Positions 60,261-64,000 of a stretch of DNA of 64,000 nt are shown in pieces (within the stretch, counting starts at the first letter, position 1; each line of letters starts with the position of its first letter). The position numbers and the translations under genes were made by a program. The notes below the pieces were generated by a model that was not told the origin of the DNA, made no database searches, and saw only the letters and a list, made by a program, of their open reading frames with translations. Origin of the DNA: Eledone cirrhosa (Eukaryota); contig OZ024743.1 in the NCBI GenBank assembly GCA_964016885.1, forward strand, positions 28,086,001 to 28,150,000. Reading direction: 5' to 3'.

Positions 60261-61470
60261 ATATATACATACGTACATGCTGATTGCTAATTCTTGTCAG
60301 AAGAGTGCCATCCCTTCATTGAACATTGCACGATCATGTGCACGCAGGTGACTTTTCATATCCGCTTTTGTGTTTCAGGCACGTTCACAGATGTGATATT
60401 TTAACTCTGTCATCTGGCAATATTGGCTAGGGTGTGTATTCATACATTCTACCATGTCTGGTCAGTCTACCAATTGATTTGTACTGTGGAGTGCGTGGCG
60501 GTAGAATCATCTCACAAGTAGCTTGATTTCTCCCTTGCTCGTGTGATTTCAGTTGGTTGACAAAACCAACTTAATTCCTGCTGGATTTTTACAGGCACTG
60601 AATTTGTGCCTCACTTACTGAATGAACGATTCAAAACAGCATGCTTCACTCTCAAAGAATTATATCTATACTTGGTGATCATTCCCTATGATGTACAACC
60701 GTCTTCAAATTATATCCTAAGGTGTAACAGAAACGTAACATAAATAAAATGTTGTTGAGAGCAAAATAGGTAAGATCTTCTTCGAGATAACTCTGTTACA
60801 TAGTTAATAAGTTGAATATGTTTGAGAAGAATAAATACCTGACAGTTCGAACAAGGATCTTATCTGAGAGAAGAGACAATCAGAGAATAATATTTTGAAA
60901 TATAAAATGTTGAAAAGTGGAACATTCATCACTCGATGGTAAACTGATCTCCCAGCCAGTAGTTAGATTATTCACAAAACATTAAACATTGCAGCAATTT
61001 ATTGTTTTAATAAAATTCGAATCTCCACCCTCTAAATATATTATCAAGTACCTTACTGTGTGTGGCTATAAAAGCAATAATTTTCTGCTAGATCATATGA
61101 GCATAAAGGTAATCAATATTTGTGGTGCAGAGAAGTAATCATTGATATTAAACTTTAGTAAATGGCAAGTATATTTATATGTAAAAAAGGAACTTGTAGC
61201 AAAAGAAAACAAACAAATCATAGCAATTTTGCTAGGTTATTACAATATCTATTTATGATTGATAAGTATTTTAAATATTATATATGTAAATACATAGGTT
61301 GAACATTTTTATCATTTGAAAAAAATACACATGTAAAATACAAGTTTAAGCACTAATTACTTTGATAACCTCATAAATAGGTATGGATATTAAGTTTATT
61401 TATATTAATCAGTTTACTTTTAAGAATCTCTGAATATAACATATTTCGATATTACATATTTTATTTTCAG

Positions 61471-61593
61471 TTGCATAAACTGTCAACAGACATAAGCAAA
61501 ACTGTACAGCAACTTCCAACAGCAATGCGCCCTCTAGCACTGCAATGCAGCACAGATGCAATGAGGGAACGTCTAAATTCTTTGCTTCAGATT
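61471..61593 (+). CDS. Candidate internal coding exon of an unidentified host gene (41 codons, phase 0-0)
   Basis: Acceptor tattttattttcag|, donor |gtaaga; open frame LHKLSTDISKTVQQLPTAMRPLALQCSTDAMRERLNSLLQI; higher GC than flanks. Confidence 0.5.
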
Positions 61594-61899
61594 GTAAGAC
61601 GCTAATTTTCTACTATAACATTAGTGGTGTAAATGAAGAAAATACCTGAGCTGTTGTATACAAAACAACAGTTGTAGCTCATAATTTAAACCAGAGTTAA
61701 GTCTGCATACCAGATGAACCAAATATTTTGTTCATATTCATTATACAACATAGCGGATTTGTCAGTCAAATAAAAGCTTAGTAGCGGAACTGAACTCATG
61801 ACTCCTCAATAGGTGGTCTAATTCCTTATATATTCAGATATTTAGCCTCTGTAATAACAATGTTATTGCTTGTATTTAACAGATGATTAGCTTTACGTT

Positions 61900-62460
61900 C
61901 AGCAATTCTACATATAATATATCATACTAATAGGGTCGTTTGTTGGGAACATTTCATACATTTCATGCGCATTGTGCTATATATATTCTGACAGAAATCC
62001 AATTTCTGCTTTCGACGATGTTTTACTGTTTCCAACTATAGCGGAAGAAACAAGCAATATTACCATCATTGTCGATTATATACAAACAATCGACAAACGA
62101 AATACGAGTTTGTGGAGGAGCCTCTATGTGCTTGCTAATCCAACAAGAAATAGGAACAGGATTTCTTTTCTACACATTGGACAAAGTATTCCCAAATATA
62201 TAAAATATGATGGCATGATGGCTTGCGGGCAACAAAAAATTAATACACATTAATTTCATATCAAAATGTTGGGCCAGGTCATTCACGATGCAAACATGGT
62301 AGTAGATAGGAAAAATGCAAATTGTTATACATTCGGTATGTTATCTCCTCCAAAATCTTGCTACGTTGATTATATGAAAAATGTAAGGATTCCTTCTCGA
62401 AATGAAAAAGAAAAGCGTGGGAAAATATTTGAAGAGGTCGTAGTCTGTATAGAGTAAGGA
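61900..62460 (-). mobile_element. Possible very old RTE-like LINE fragment
   Basis: FIYLGI..EI..GLAS and KAEIGFL-like remnants. Confidence 0.3.
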
Positions 62461-63064
62461 TAAGGTATCACACTACATTATCAATCGATTATCATCAGGA
62501 ACCACATCATCCCACAGGCTCTTGTAAATAATGCGCAGATTAGAGAGCCGTGTTGATTTTAGATAAATTAGAATTTTCTCAGTTCTACACAACTATTACC
62601 ATTTGATCGATAGCTAAAACCTGAACTAAAATCAATTATTTAACCCTCATGTCGTTAAGCAAGAAATAAACAAACAATTTGTTAACAAAAATAAATATTT
62701 CCCTAGCGTCAAATATTTAAAAAAATATTTTTGTCATTTATTTTTTCAATTGTCTATTGATTTATTTCATTTTTATAGACTTTTTTGCGAAGCTCTCCAT
62801 CTTCTTCACTCGACGAGGATGTGTTTTTCTGTTCTTTTGATCAGATGAAATACGTTTGTAATATCTGAAAACAAAACAAGTGACACGGAGAATTGTCCAC
62901 ATCTTGTGTAAATAACGAATTGTGTTTTCACTAAAGGGGAGGTCAAATATCATTGTAAAATGTGCTAAGATGGCGGTCTCTGTATGACATTATGTTTCAA
63001 TCCTCACTGGATGATATTAGACTCCTTTTACATTGCGAACATTTTATTTTCCTGTCACACATTC

Positions 63065-63190
63065 TCTATTTCTTTCTTTCTCCCTTTCTTCTTTCTCTCT
63101 TTCTTTCTTTCTCCCTTTCTTCTTTCTCTCTTTCTTTCTTTCTCCCTTTCTTCTTTCTCTCTTTCTTTCTTTTTTTTTTTTTTTTCATTT
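63065..63190. repeat. Pyrimidine minisatellite (~29-30 bp ttctttctttctccctttcttctttctctc)
   Basis: Three to four tandem units. Confidence 0.85.
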
Positions 63191-64000
63191 TTCCATTCTA
63201 CTTTTCTCTCCTGTTTATTCATTTATTTTAATGTTCTATTTAATTTTCCATTTATGGGATAACATTTATTATGAATGATCAAGCATATTGTATTCGATTT
63301 GAATTTGTAGCCTGATTTCAAGTTCAGATGGCAGTCATTCTACTTTTTTTACGTGATTGATGTCTTTTAGATAGGCATTAAAAATTCATTTTCTCTTTTC
63401 CTCTAAGCCGAAATTCCCACTTCAACTATCTATACAAAATAGAGGTAGACAAGTTATATATTATTAACAGTGACATTTAATTACGGAACTATGCCCCAGA
63501 AAAATGTGTGATATCTCTGTATCAATGGAAAGTACATATTCTGGCAGAGTACATCAGCGTACTCCTTGCAAAGCTTCACTGAGAGAAGGGCAAAACCAAG
63601 TCATATATATTCCTAATGCTCAGCTAAAACAGCAATGTAGCAACATCAGTGTTTCTCTTTGTGGTTTTCCACAGAAAAATAAATTAATGGAAATGAAGGA
63701 ACGTTGAGAAATAAAACCCTCGTCCCAGACTTCTGAATCAAACTAAGGTGTGGAAATATATTTGACAAAACGCACGCATTGTAAAGCTATCTTGCAATAT
63801 GGAAGCAACGCTCTGATCTCATAGCATAATCAAAAATTGTGTGAGGCACTAATATGGTAGTGTAATGTATTTTCCAGTAGAGATGTTGTCATTAGAAAAT
63901 AGACAAACAAAATAACATATGCATTGTTGGAATATTCATAGCTATAGCTTATTTGGAGATATAGTTGCATGGAAAACGGAGAAATGGTGTGATAATCTCT

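Overview
AT-rich eukaryotic (metazoan) non-coding DNA, probably intronic or intergenic. The dense (TA)n/(CA)n/(GA)n microsatellites and the tRNA-derived SINE families suggest an octopus-like cephalopod, but that is inference. There is no intact host gene, only one plausible internal exon (61471-61593). Nearly all ORFs in the track are microsatellite artefacts. Recognisable coding relics are Penelope-like retroelements (PLEs; RT plus C-terminal GIY-YIG), two hAT transposases, three Tc1/mariner fossils, RTE-, R4- and CRE-type non-LTR fragments, and a Gypsy integrase with a tRNA-Trp PBS. The main hidden structure, folded by hand, is about 26 complete or near-complete type I hammerhead ribozyme (HHR) motifs from about 13 unrelated sequence families. 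Almost all lie in short non-coding inserts within (TA)n tracts. Three families are terminally redundant or tandem non-coding monomers of 496, 535 and 595 nt (retrozyme-like, circular-RNA-competent). The 496- and 535-nt inserts have the same 5'-inverted architecture as the coding PLE at 1.3-4.6 kb. The 595-nt family has a compensatory U3-A8 catalytic core. Several unrelated families share a small covarying stem-loop just downstream of the insertion/inversion breakpoint. No activity, expression or database comparison could be tested here.
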